Positions 10,101 to 18,152 of a stretch of DNA of 36,172 nt are shown piece after piece. The DNA comes from a virus (taxonomy: Duplodnaviria; Caudoviricetes). The stretch lies in the IMG/VR virus record IMGVR_UViG_3300020598_000001, positions 1-36,172 of that record. One strand, given 5' to 3'. A program made the position numbers and the translations under genes. Each line of letters starts with the position of its first letter. Position 1 is the first letter of the stretch. The notes beneath the pieces were generated by a model. That model did not search any database, was not told the origin of the DNA, and saw nothing but the letters and a program-made list of their open reading frames with translations.

Positions 10101-10304
10101 GGCGTCGCCGGCCTGGTCGCCGGCGGTGGTGGCCGCGTCCGCCGCGATCTGGTCCGCCTGGTTCTGCTTTTGCGCTGTCAGCGCCTCGATGCGGGCAGCC
10201 AGGCCGCCCACCGCGTTGCCGCCGGGGATGCTGCGCGGCATCGCCGGCACGCCGGGGAGGATGCCGCCGCCGCTGGCGGCCGAAAGGGTCGGGATGCGGG
10301 CCAT
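7179..10304 (-). CDS. Internal virion protein with lytic transglycosylase (SLT) domain, 1041 aa
   Basis: SLT motifs LIGLESGG (catalytic Glu), AGAVGPAQIM, ALAAYNGG, ETRNYV. Confidence 0.85.
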   Translation of the reverse strand: MARIPTLSAASGGGILPGVPAMPRSIPGGNAVGGLAARIEALTAQKQNQADQIAADAATTAGDQAGDASPGAQMEGGGSLYRAAFNRAATDSSLRRLQITARDQLDQLAREHEADPEGFAQKAAAYRDGLAGGLPETMRTAWLRGFDTQAQPFVNQARDRLERRTADEALASFNELLPRRTAALERLAGQAARGDQAAARALEQEQTGLVLDLARLGPRSEFTLAGRHFPADPSRTGARSVAQLTEMLADSEARRTDAATLAAWRAAGSSEAWIDGWTRQRTGAAPAGGQALASPERLAARLPESWRGIVAQAAEDNRLPPAMFAALIGLESGGKAGAVSAAGAVGPAQIMAATARDPGYGVPPLPEAARTDPAQAIPWAAKYLAALRDHFGGDMAKALAAYNGGAKRVENGEPLPEETRNYVATLLPATAAGAAPADMPLAEVRRVERLLRSELAADERAIRERQQQARTELEPLMRENAAAIAEQGRPVHSITDAQLSAAGLKPDAIARYRAAERAGQYGFQAQEELRGADTPEKVQAIAERFAPGGEMFAADPALAARILDRARARGVAVRGASLAQDLADRTAEASATGEARPITRQEGAAAGLTPEETDKANRELAKAAELGRITREGLTQSPADRTATRARLAIEGDQASENAARLQAYERAWRVQDEQREKDPAGLVVTGSKPAQALVQRIAGGELDALPQLVDLLTAEQTRMGIPPAQQKQLPAALADALTQQVLRGATAGDRVTATRALLDRIPEGAARRQVLDAMGGAGLPEGVRIAAGAAPRIGMARAIRLADELDTQAKQLNVTPQLRKEADTTAGAIFDGEAGWFGGDDGLGTLRAAQYQATGQAAFLRAGQDARERLVRVALVRGAGAGGSPSTADVRGAYADLFGGVRIINRPGDGVLVAAPTGTDADALVRGLAALRDRELARVIPGDTPAAQQARQAAARGMWVDAGAGFAFYPANTGAPLAAADGRALIVTAEQATEASATAPGRHDATAPGQPHNWAQRQQHRFRERLADETRRMTEGAGHE
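7279..7318. repeat. 8-bp tandem repeat array (5 units) inside the 3' end of the SLT gene
   Basis: GGCGCCGT GGCGTCAT GGCGCCCC GGCGCCGT GGCGCTGG. Confidence 0.55.
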
Positions 10305-10885
10305 CAGTAGAGCGGCCCCAGCGCATAGTCCGCCTGTTGGGCGGCGGTGCGGGTGCGGCTGGCGTTGCTGCCGCTGTTGCCGGTGGTGACGGTGCCCGGC
10401 GTGCGCGCCAGGCTGCGGTCCATCGTGCCGAACAGGGAGAGGCCCAGGTTGACGGTGCCGGCGGCGCTGGTGCGGCCGGCCTCGTCCAGCAGGCTGGTGC
10501 CCTGGATGCGGCGCTGCTCGGCGGCAATCGTCGCGTTGCCTCGGGCCAGGGCGGTTTGCCGCTCGGCCTCGGCGGCGCTGGCGGCGGCCACGGTGTCGGG
10601 GGTGCCCTCCAGTGTCACGCCGGCAGCGGCGTAGCGGGCGCGCTGGCTGGCCAGGGTGGCGCGCAGCGCGGCGTTGATGCCGTTCGCCTGGCTGCGGCCC
10701 GCCAGCGCGGCCTGTTGCGCGGCGAAGTCCTGCTGTTTCGCCTGGTCCTTCATCGCCTGCGCCTGGCGCTCGCTCTGCGCGTAGGTGAGGCCGGCGCCGG
10801 CGACGGCGGCGGCAGCGGCGACATAGGGCGAGGCGGCGGCCATGGCGCTGCCGGCCACGGCCAGGACCTCCACAACTCCGGTCAT
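10304..10885 (-). CDS. Small internal virion protein (T7 gp14-like position)
   Basis: Hydrophobic Ala-rich N-terminus, Gln/Ala coiled coil and QRARYAAAGV motif; lies between the nozzle gene and the large ejection proteins. Confidence 0.7.
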   Translation of the reverse strand: MTGVVEVLAVAGSAMAAASPYVAAAAAVAGAGLTYAQSERQAQAMKDQAKQQDFAAQQAALAGRSQANGINAALRATLASQRARYAAAGVTLEGTPDTVAAASAAEAERQTALARGNATIAAEQRRIQGTSLLDEAGRTSAAGTVNLGLSLFGTMDRSLARTPGTVTTGNSGSNASRTRTAAQQADYALGPLY

Positions 10886-12801
10886 GCGGCGAATCCTAGG
10901 TTGATGGAGAGGGCCAGCAGCTCAAAGGGCGCGGCCACGTCCTGCGTGATGGGCAGGCTGTGGCGCTCCTGCCAGCCGATCAGTCCGCGCACGGTCACGT
11001 CCGTGGTCTGCACCGGCGGGGCGCTGCCCAGCGTCGGCGCCGGCGCCAGCCCCAGGGTGCGGGTCAGCACGGGTTGCCCGCGCATGGCAAAGCTGCCGGT
11101 GTCGCGCACGCGCGCCGTGGCGTTCACCAGGCGGCACTTGCGGCCGATCAGCGCGCCGGAAGCGTGGCGCGGTTCGGCCGGCATCGGCGTGACGGCCAGC
11201 GGCACGTCCAGCCCGACTTCCGCGCGGGCGGCCGGCAGCGGCAGCGCCAGGGTGCCGTTCGTCACCAGGCCGATGCCGTTGTCGGCGCCGTCCAGCAGCC
11301 GGCGCAGCGTCAGCCCGTCGCAATGCGCCAGGCCGCTGATGCTCGTCAGGTCGGTGCCGGTGACAAGGGCGCCGCTATCGAGCAAGCGGGCTTCGTCCCA
11401 CAGCTCCACGCGCAGGCTGCCGCCGCGCACGGTCGCGAAGAACACTTCCCCGGACAGCAGCGCCGCCACGGCGCGCACCTGGCCGGCGGTTTCCCAGCGG
11501 GAGAAGGCGGCCACCTCCTGCGCCCGCAGCGTGGTCAGCACCGAGATGGTGCCGTCCGGGTTCACCAGCAGCACATGGTCGGCGTCGTCGGTGGTCTGTC
11601 CCTTGCGGGCGGCCATGTCCACCGGGTCTTTGATGAGATGCGCCGCCAGCAGGGAAAGCAGATCGCTGCGATAGGCGTCCTCCACGTTGTCATAGAGAAA
11701 CTGGCGCAGCGCGGCGCCGCCGGCCTGAATGAACAGGCTGGCGCCGTCCACCTCGCACACGCGGCACCACCGCTTGATGCCGCGCCGGGTCTGCTCGCCC
11801 ACGTAGATGTTGGTTGGCGTGATGGGCGGCTCGGTCGCGATGACATGCTCCGAACCGCTGGTGAGGATTTGCAGCGTGCGGCCGGAAATCATCTGGTGAA
11901 TCGCGTTCACCTGGTCGGTGCCGATGGTCCAATACATCGCCTGGTCGTCCAGGCCGGTGCCCTGGTCGAAGTTCCAGAAGTCGGCCACCACGCTGGCCAT
12001 CAGGGTGGCCGGGCGGGCGCGGAAGCCGCCCAGCCAGAGGCGGCCGGCGTGGAAGGTGCCGCATTCGGGCCAGCCGCGCGCGGCGTTCATCACGGGTTCT
12101 TCCAGGCTCCAGTCCGCAAAGGCGTCGGTGTTCTTGAATTGCGCCACCAGCACGTCCGCCGTGGCGCTGGTCGCGCTGGCCACGGCGGTGATGCGGGCGC
12201 GGCCCTGGTTGCCGGCGAGCTGCCAGCCGACATGATCGGCGGTGAAGGTCGCCTGGCTGGCGGTCAGCGTCACGGTGCCGCTGGTCGCGCTCGGGGTGAT
12301 CGTGCCGGCCGGCGTCACCGCGCCATAATCGTGCGTCGGCAAGTTGGCGTAGGGCATGGCGTCGCGCGTCCATGCGTCGTGCGAGTTGCCGCGCCGGATG
12401 CGCTGCGGCGGCACATCGGGATGGAACAGCAGCAGGGTGTCGGCGCTCTGCGCATAGTTCATCTGGCTGGCCTGGGTCGCATTCCAGGGGCAACCGGCCT
12501 GCTCATGCACCAGCGTGCCGTTGGCCAGCCACACGCGGAACATGCCGGCGGTCAGCGCCAGGCAATAGGTCTGCTCGGTGTTGAAGGCGAAGGGCACCAG
12601 GCGCACGCCGTCGAGGCCATCGGGCAACTCGGTCAGGTGCGCCATGCCCGGCCGCCGGCGCACGCCGCCTTGCGGGCGCACCAGCACGTTCCGCAGCAGC
12701 TCGGCGCCGGCGTAATACTTGGTCACGTCGATGCGCCCGGCCAGGCCGGGGTCCAGCTCGCCGGCGGTGAAGGACGATTGCAGTTGCAGGGCGCCGGCCA
12801 T
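10882..12801 (-). CDS. Tail tubular protein B (nozzle)
   Basis: N-terminus QSSFTAGELDP...NVLVRPQGGVRRRPG, plus YAQSADTL and GWPECGTFHAGRLW, typical of podovirus nozzle proteins. Confidence 0.88.
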   Translation of the reverse strand: MAGALQLQSSFTAGELDPGLAGRIDVTKYYAGAELLRNVLVRPQGGVRRRPGMAHLTELPDGLDGVRLVPFAFNTEQTYCLALTAGMFRVWLANGTLVHEQAGCPWNATQASQMNYAQSADTLLLFHPDVPPQRIRRGNSHDAWTRDAMPYANLPTHDYGAVTPAGTITPSATSGTVTLTASQATFTADHVGWQLAGNQGRARITAVASATSATADVLVAQFKNTDAFADWSLEEPVMNAARGWPECGTFHAGRLWLGGFRARPATLMASVVADFWNFDQGTGLDDQAMYWTIGTDQVNAIHQMISGRTLQILTSGSEHVIATEPPITPTNIYVGEQTRRGIKRWCRVCEVDGASLFIQAGGAALRQFLYDNVEDAYRSDLLSLLAAHLIKDPVDMAARKGQTTDDADHVLLVNPDGTISVLTTLRAQEVAAFSRWETAGQVRAVAALLSGEVFFATVRGGSLRVELWDEARLLDSGALVTGTDLTSISGLAHCDGLTLRRLLDGADNGIGLVTNGTLALPLPAARAEVGLDVPLAVTPMPAEPRHASGALIGRKCRLVNATARVRDTGSFAMRGQPVLTRTLGLAPAPTLGSAPPVQTTDVTVRGLIGWQERHSLPITQDVAAPFELLALSINLGFAA

Positions 12802-12804
12802 GCG

Positions 12805-13416
12805 TCAGCCTCCGAAGCGGGCGCGGATCAGGGGGAAATCCTCGATGCGCTGCGGCGGCTGCTGCTGGCTGTCGAGCTGGCGGCAGACGCGCATCTGGCC
12901 GCCGCTGCGGGCCTCGCCCGGCGTGCCGTAGGCTTGCCCGCGCCAGTAGTCCGCCGCGCTGGTCGAGCTGGTGACGGGCACCGCCAGCTCGGCCGCCAGG
13001 GCGTAGCGCATCAGCAGCCGGAAGGCCGGCGGCCAGGTTTCCGGGTCCGTCTCGCGCTGGTAGTCCGCCCACACGTCCGGGCAGTCGGTCAGCACGTTGT
13101 CGCCAAAAATCTCATAGTCGGCCACCGGCGGCAGGTGTTCCGCGTCGCCGGGGAACAACTGCCGCAGCACCAGGCGGTCGGGCGGCAAGGCGTGCTGATA
13201 GGTCCACTCGTTCACCGGCCGGTCGGCCAGGCGCGCCAGGCGCACCTTGGCCAGCGTCCAGCGCCACGGGTAGCTTTGCAGCAGCCCGCGCACGGTGTCG
13301 GGGTAGAGGGTCGAACAGGTCGCGGCCAGGTCGGTGCCATCGTCGAAGGACGCAATGGCGGCGTCCCCCAGCAGGCGGAGGGCCTGGTTGCACAGCACCA
13401 CGGCGGCAGCGGTCAT
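12805..13416 (-). CDS. Tail tubular protein A (adaptor)
   Basis: LCNQALRLLG...YPWRW...LPPD motifs; 203 aa; directly upstream of the nozzle gene. Confidence 0.88.
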   Translation of the reverse strand: MTAAAVVLCNQALRLLGDAAIASFDDGTDLAATCSTLYPDTVRGLLQSYPWRWTLAKVRLARLADRPVNEWTYQHALPPDRLVLRQLFPGDAEHLPPVADYEIFGDNVLTDCPDVWADYQRETDPETWPPAFRLLMRYALAAELAVPVTSSTSAADYWRGQAYGTPGEARSGGQMRVCRQLDSQQQPPQRIEDFPLIRARFGG

Positions 13417-13628
13417 GGCGTTTCGCCTCCCATGACGGCGCGCAGGGCGGCCACCACGGGGTTGCCGGAGGCGGCGGCGCCCAGCAGCAGCAGCAGGGCG
13501 GCCATGACGATGTTCAGCCGCAAGGTGATCCCCTTGTAGCGTTCGGCGCAGACGGCTTCATGCACCGCCTGGTCGCGTTCCAGGACTCGCAAGCGCGCCT
13601 CCGTGGTGCCAGCCGGGGCGGGGGTCAT
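13413..13628 (-). CDS. Small coiled-coil plus transmembrane protein (lysis accessory/holin-like), about 71 aa
   Basis: ATG at 13628 overlaps the endolysin stop; RLRVLERDQAVHEAVCAERY is followed by a hydrophobic helix. Confidence 0.6.
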   Translation of the reverse strand: MTPAPAGTTEARLRVLERDQAVHEAVCAERYKGITLRLNIVMAALLLLLGAAASGNPVVAALRAVMGGETP

Positions 13629-14278
13629 CCGGGGCCGCGCAGCCCGGCCAGCTTCATGCCTTCCACCAGCTCGGCGTCCGGCCAGGCCGGGCACGCCTGG
13701 CCGCCCTCATGCGCCGCGATGGCGAGCAACAGCTCACGCATCACGTAAGGGTCGGTCACGTCGATGGGGTCGAGCGGGGAGACGCCCAGCCGCTTGGCCA
13801 CATGGTCCACGTAGCTGGCGGTGTCGTTCTCCATGTCGGGCGCGTAGCGCGTCAGGATCGCGCGCACGCTGCGCAGCCCGTACTTGTTGCGGTAGGTCAG
13901 CAGGCAGACGCACAGCGCGCGCCAGCCCATGACGCGGCTGCCGAAGATGGCGAAGGGGCCGCCCTTGGCGGTGTCCTCGGCAATGCAGCCGTTCCACTCC
14001 TGCGTGCCGGGGATGGTGCGCAGGTTGCCGGGGTTCTTGTTGCGCCAGCTCCGGGGGTGGCTGGCGGCGATGGTGGCGCCGGCGGCCTCGGTGTCGCCCA
14101 CGGCCAGCACCGGGATGCCGCTCACGGTGATGGGGTCGGCCGCCACGGGCCGCAGGCCGGCGCGCGCCAGCGCGTCGTCCAACGTCACCGGCGGCAGCGG
14201 CGGAATGGCCAGCTCCGGGTCCGCCGGGGGGCGGGCGGGGCCGGCCACGGTCGCCGTGCTGATGCGCTGGCCGGTCAC
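13625..14278 (-). CDS. Putative endolysin (lysozyme-like, RNxNPGNLR family)
   Basis: RNKNPGNLR...RYAPDMENDTASY...AIAAHEGG motifs; flanked by small membrane-protein genes. Confidence 0.7.
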   Translation of the reverse strand: MTGQRISTATVAGPARPPADPELAIPPLPPVTLDDALARAGLRPVAADPITVSGIPVLAVGDTEAAGATIAASHPRSWRNKNPGNLRTIPGTQEWNGCIAEDTAKGGPFAIFGSRVMGWRALCVCLLTYRNKYGLRSVRAILTRYAPDMENDTASYVDHVAKRLGVSPLDPIDVTDPYVMRELLLAIAAHEGGQACPAWPDAELVEGMKLAGLRGPG

Positions 14279-14445
14279 TGGCGCAGCTCCTTGCGGATGA
14301 CTTCCCAGGCGGCCAGGCCGGCGATGACGGCGGTTCCCACCGCGTCGGTGAGGATGGGGCCGGCGGTGATGCCGGCCAGGCTCAGGGCCAGGCCCAGGCC
14401 GCGCCAGGTGGACGGCTCGCGGAGGATGGCGGGAAGGCGCTGCAT
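14275..14445 (-). CDS. Putative holin, 56 aa
   Basis: MQRLPAILREPSTWRGLGLALSLAGITAGPILTDAVGTAVIAGLAAWEVIRKELRQ: two hydrophobic segments and a basic C-terminus; stop overlaps the endolysin GTG; below the ORF-track length cutoff. Confidence 0.7.
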   Translation of the reverse strand: MQRLPAILREPSTWRGLGLALSLAGITAGPILTDAVGTAVIAGLAAWEVIRKELRQ

Positions 14446-14475
14446 GGGGGGTTCCTTGTCGGGATGGCGGGGCGC

Positions 14476-14976
14476 TCAGGCGGAAATCGTGGCCGCCAGG
14501 CGAAACAGGGCATCGACACGCTGCGCGCTCGTCTCGGCGCCGCTGTCGGGCAGGAAGATGGCGGCCAGCGCCAGGATGAGCGGGCTGTCGCGGTAGAAGT
14601 GCAGGGCCTCGTTCCAGGCCGCCAGGACGGTGCCGCCGGTGGTGCGGGCGTAGTCGTCCACCTCGTCAAACAGGCTGCGGCCCTCGGTCGCGCCGGGCAT
14701 CTGGCGCAACGCCTCGCGCGCCTGAAAGCGCGTCACCATGCTGGGCACGTCGCCGGCGGCGCCCTGCCACAAGCCCAGCAGGCGGGCCGAGAGATTCGGA
14801 CCGATGGGCAGCAGGCCGGCGGGCAGCTCCAGGGGCACGGTGCTGCGGATGGTGAAATACAGCAGCCCGTCGAGCGGTTCGGACAGCACCACGTTGGGCC
14901 GGCCGGCCACATAGGCGGTCACATCGTCAGGGCTGCCGTACCAGGCATAATCGTAGAAGGCGGCGGACTCCGACAT
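14476..14976 (-). CDS. Hypothetical protein, possible fibre assembly chaperone
   Basis: Follows the fibre gene; VTRFQAREAL...VDALFRLAA C-terminus resembles fibre-associated proteins. Confidence 0.55.
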   Translation of the reverse strand: MSESAAFYDYAWYGSPDDVTAYVAGRPNVVLSEPLDGLLYFTIRSTVPLELPAGLLPIGPNLSARLLGLWQGAAGDVPSMVTRFQAREALRQMPGATEGRSLFDEVDDYARTTGGTVLAAWNEALHFYRDSPLILALAAIFLPDSGAETSAQRVDALFRLAATISA

Positions 14977-14978
14977 GC

Positions 14979-16328
14979 TCAGGCTCCAGCGGTGAGGGCT
15001 TGCAGGGCCGCGTCTGCCATGGGGCGCGGGTAGATCGTCGCAACGGCCATCTGGCTGGGGTAGGGTTCCGCGCCGGGAGCGCGGGAGAGGGCGCGCAGGC
15101 CATCGGTGAGCGCCGCCAGCTCGGGGCAGGCGACGGCCACGGCGCGCGCGGCGCCGCCGTTCAGGCTGTGCGCGATGCCATCCGCCCGCCGGGTCAGCGC
15201 GTAGCTGTTCCAGCTTCCATCACGCTTGACCGGGCCGACGCTGACCGGGCCGGCGCCGACGCCGGCCTTGCGCACCACGGCGGCGATGGTGTCCGCCCCG
15301 GCCGCCTGGAAGGCCATAATCCGGTTGTTGCTGGTGCCGTCCGTCAGCGCCAGCACGCCCAGGTTGGCGGTGGGCTGGCTGGTCGCCAGGTCGCGCCAGC
15401 GCACCAGCAGGGTGAACACGGGCGGCAGGCCGGCGAGCGCGGCGAGCGGGAGTTGCAAGTTGTCCTCGGCGCGCGTGCTGGCGGCCGGCGAGCCAGCCGG
15501 CGGCAGGATGGGCGAGGTGCAGAACTCGGCGTCCGGCTCCGACTGCGGGCTGAACAGATCCACGGTGAAGTCCAGCACCGTGCCCGTGGTCCATCCCGTC
15601 ATGTGGGCGCCATGCACCACGGTGGGGTTGGTGGTGAGCGCGGCGTTCATGGTGATGGAGCGCTCGGCCCGGCGCAGCGTGGCGTCGGGGGTGGTCTGTG
15701 GCTCCGACGTGTTGGTGACGAGCGAGAAGCCGGGGTTGTTGTTGCCCGCGATGGTGCGGGTGTTGAAGCTGACGCCGGCCGGGAAGGTTCCCGCCGCCAA
15801 GCGGTAGAAGAAGGAATGCGCCCGCTTCTGCCCGGCGGTGCAGGGGATGGCGGACCGCTGCTCAAACTCCACCGTTTCGGCGGTGCCGCTGCTGCCCGTC
15901 ACGGTGCCATAGTAGCGCAGCCGCACGCCGGCCATTCCGGCGTAGCTGACCGGCGAAATGTCCAACGCAAGGCCGCTGGTATGGTTCGGCAGCCACCAGT
16001 TGGCGGGCATGTTGGTGGTGCCGGTACCGCCGCCCGGCCCCACGGTGCCCGTCACGATGCCTTCGGCGCGCGGGTTGCGCACCGCATTGGTGCGCTGCGG
16101 CTCCAGCAGCAGGCCCAGCGGAGCGAGGGTTGCCGGGTCGTAGGCGATGCGCTCCACGTTGGCGCCGACTTCCTGCCATCCGCCATCTGCGGTTTGCGCC
16201 AGGGCGCCCGACGCGCGGGTGAAGCTGCGGCCGGCCTCGCTGCGCAGCGCGCGGGGGCGCGCGCCGCCGGCGGCCAGGTCGCGCCCGGCGCCGCGCAGGG
16301 ACGGCCGCAGCGCGGCGCGGCGGCTCAT
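14979..16328 (-). CDS. Fibre/head-spike protein with lectin (ConA/LamG-like) domains, 449 aa
   Basis: SFTRASGA...GLLLEPQRTN and TSPI...STRAED motifs; beta-rich sequence; adjacent to the capsid decoration genes. Confidence 0.65.
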   Translation of the reverse strand: MSRRAALRPSLRGAGRDLAAGGARPRALRSEAGRSFTRASGALAQTADGGWQEVGANVERIAYDPATLAPLGLLLEPQRTNAVRNPRAEGIVTGTVGPGGGTGTTNMPANWWLPNHTSGLALDISPVSYAGMAGVRLRYYGTVTGSSGTAETVEFEQRSAIPCTAGQKRAHSFFYRLAAGTFPAGVSFNTRTIAGNNNPGFSLVTNTSEPQTTPDATLRRAERSITMNAALTTNPTVVHGAHMTGWTTGTVLDFTVDLFSPQSEPDAEFCTSPILPPAGSPAASTRAEDNLQLPLAALAGLPPVFTLLVRWRDLATSQPTANLGVLALTDGTSNNRIMAFQAAGADTIAAVVRKAGVGAGPVSVGPVKRDGSWNSYALTRRADGIAHSLNGGAARAVAVACPELAALTDGLRALSRAPGAEPYPSQMAVATIYPRPMADAALQALTAGA

Positions 16329-16615
16329 CGGCTGGCGCGCGCGGCAACCGTGCCGCTGGTGTAGGCGGACACGCGCAGGCGCCAGGTGGCGCCGGCCTCG
16401 GCTTCCTCGGCCAGCAGCACGCCCGGCGCGGTGTAGCTCGCCGCCGTGCCGTAGGCGTCGGCCATGACCGGCAGCCAGGTGGCGCCGGCGTCCAGGCTCT
16501 TTTCCGCCACCACGGTGGCCACGAAGGTGCCGCCCAGCGCCAGGTTGAACGGCCCTTCGCCGGGGGTGAAGGTCAGCGCCGCATTGAGCGCGGCCAGGTT
16601 GGCTTCCAGCTTCAC
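16325..16615 (-). CDS. Small beta-rich virion protein
   Basis: GTFVATVVAEKSLDAGATW...WRLRVSAYTSGT; located in the head module. Confidence 0.6.
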   Translation of the reverse strand: MKLEANLAALNAALTFTPGEGPFNLALGGTFVATVVAEKSLDAGATWLPVMADAYGTAASYTAPGVLLAEEAEAGATWRLRVSAYTSGTVAARASR

Positions 16616-16630
16616 GGCGCTGCCCTGCCC

Positions 16631-16918
16631 TTAGTCGGTGTCGGTGGTGGTCAGCGCCGTGGCGTCGGTGGTGTCCACCGTGGTGCTGGTGCGCTGGTTC
16701 ACGATCAGGTCGCCGGCGGCGGTCAGGGCGCCGGTGCCGTCCACCACCGCGACATAGATGCGGTCGCCAACGTTGAGCTGGTCGCGCACCGTGTTGAAGT
16801 AGCCGGCGGCGCGCACGGCGGTCAGCGCGTCGGCGGTCTTGTAGGTGAACAGGCCGGGCGCCACGCCGGGCTTGGAGTTGGCGCCGCCGCTGGAGAAGCC
16901 GGCGAGTGCGAATGCCAT
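16631..16918 (-). CDS. Capsid decoration/cement protein, about 95 aa
   Basis: ATG at 16918; FTYKTADALTAVRAAGYFN...LNVGDRI; immediately downstream of the capsid gene. Confidence 0.65.
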   Translation of the reverse strand: MAFALAGFSSGGANSKPGVAPGLFTYKTADALTAVRAAGYFNTVRDQLNVGDRIYVAVVDGTGALTAAGDLIVNQRTSTTVDTTDATALTTTDTD

Positions 16919-16991
16919 GGTTACTGCGCTCCCTGCGCGTCGAATGGAGAGGGAGCGGGGCAGGCGGCGCCCGCCCCGCGAGGGGCCGGCG

Positions 16992-17831
16992 TCAGGACTC
17001 GTAGCAGGCCAGCTCGATGACGCCGGCCGGGTCGATGACCACGGCGCCGGCGCTGAACAGGCCATTGGCGAGCCAGCTTGTCTTCTCGGGGATGTAGTTG
17101 ACCTCGGTGCGCGGCTCCATGCCCACGGCCTCGCCCAGCGCGTCCATGTCGTAGGCGAAGCACGTCCGCACCTGGCTGCTGACAGCCAGGCCGCCTTCGT
17201 CGCGGTCCTCGATGATAACCGGCTTGAAGCCCAGCAGCGGCGGCAGCTTGCCGTCCGTGATGGCGAGCTTCTGCACGTAGTCGCCGCTGGTGAACTGCTC
17301 CACGCCCAGAAGGTCGGTCTGCTGCCGCGCCGAGATGACCAGAATGCGCTTGTCCAGCGGGATGGCGCGCCGGTTCATCAGCTCGAAAGCGGCCAGCAGC
17401 TTGGCGAAGTTGAGGCCGGTGTTGGTGCCGCCGATGTTCACGCCGATGGTGGGCGAGGGGTTCGCCGCGTCGAGCGCGTCGAGCTTGAGCTGATCGCGGC
17501 GGCGGCCGATGGCGCCGGCAATGTTCTCGGCCACCACGCCGCGTTCTTCCACGCTCGTCTTGGCCTGGTCGAAAACGTCGGTGTATTCGGCCGCGTTCCA
17601 GTCGGTCAGGTAGGCGGTGGCCTTCCCGTAGCCGGTGCCCATCGGCACAACGTTGGTCTGCGGCACGCGGCGCGTGGCCATGCCGCGCTGGGCGCGGCGG
17701 AACTCGTGACTGGCGCCGACCACGCCGGTCTTGATCCGGCACAGGCCGGTGAGGTTGCCGGCGGTCTGATAAGCCGCCTTCACCTGGCTGTTAAATTCGG
17801 CGTTCTGAACTGCGGAAAGCCCGGTGGACAT
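16992..17831 (-). CDS. Major capsid protein
   Basis: FNSQVKAAYQ, AEYTDVFDQAK, AIGRRRDQ, INYIPEKTSW-like motif and GAVVID; GGAG RBS upstream. Confidence 0.9.
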   Translation of the reverse strand: MSTGLSAVQNAEFNSQVKAAYQTAGNLTGLCRIKTGVVGASHEFRRAQRGMATRRVPQTNVVPMGTGYGKATAYLTDWNAAEYTDVFDQAKTSVEERGVVAENIAGAIGRRRDQLKLDALDAANPSPTIGVNIGGTNTGLNFAKLLAAFELMNRRAIPLDKRILVISARQQTDLLGVEQFTSGDYVQKLAITDGKLPPLLGFKPVIIEDRDEGGLAVSSQVRTCFAYDMDALGEAVGMEPRTEVNYIPEKTSWLANGLFSAGAVVIDPAGVIELACYES

Positions 17832-18065
17832 AAGCCCGTCTCCGAACAGGAATTGCGTCTGTTCGTGTCCGGTTGGCCTCGGCTTGGTGGGGGCGGCGTG
17901 TGCCGGTGGCCCAGCCTCGGGGCGGTCACTTGCGCCCGGTCGCCGGCGCCGCCGCGCCCCCCAGCGCCACGGGGGGAGTGGGCGGCAACCGGCGGGGCAG
18001 GGTGCTTTGCCGCCATGGGGAGGAGGGGAACGGAAGGTGCCCCGCGCCGCCGGTTGCCGTCGGGC
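17832..18065 (-). other. Structured 5' leader of the capsid gene
   Basis: Inverted repeat 17981-17995 / 18047-18061 (14 of 15 complementary) and a GAACAG/CTGTTC hairpin just before the RBS. Confidence 0.45.
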
Positions 18066-18152
18066 AAAATGCGCTCACGGAAATGTGCGCGTCAAGCTCA
18101 TTGCAAGCCGCAAACTACTGTTTGCGACCGATTTATGTGCGTATTGCGCACA
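18066..18152 (-). promoter_or_regulatory. Putative internal promoter (TTGACG) with two 17-bp operators
   Basis: TGTGCG-CGTCA-AGCTCA at 18084-18100 overlaps the -35; perfect TGTGCG-TATTG-CGCACA at 18136-18152; closely resembles the cro promoter region. Confidence 0.6.

Noticed and set aside
10960-13539. 859-aa plus-strand ORF
   Set aside because: Antisense shadow of the tail nozzle and adaptor genes in high-GC DNA; no recognisable motifs.
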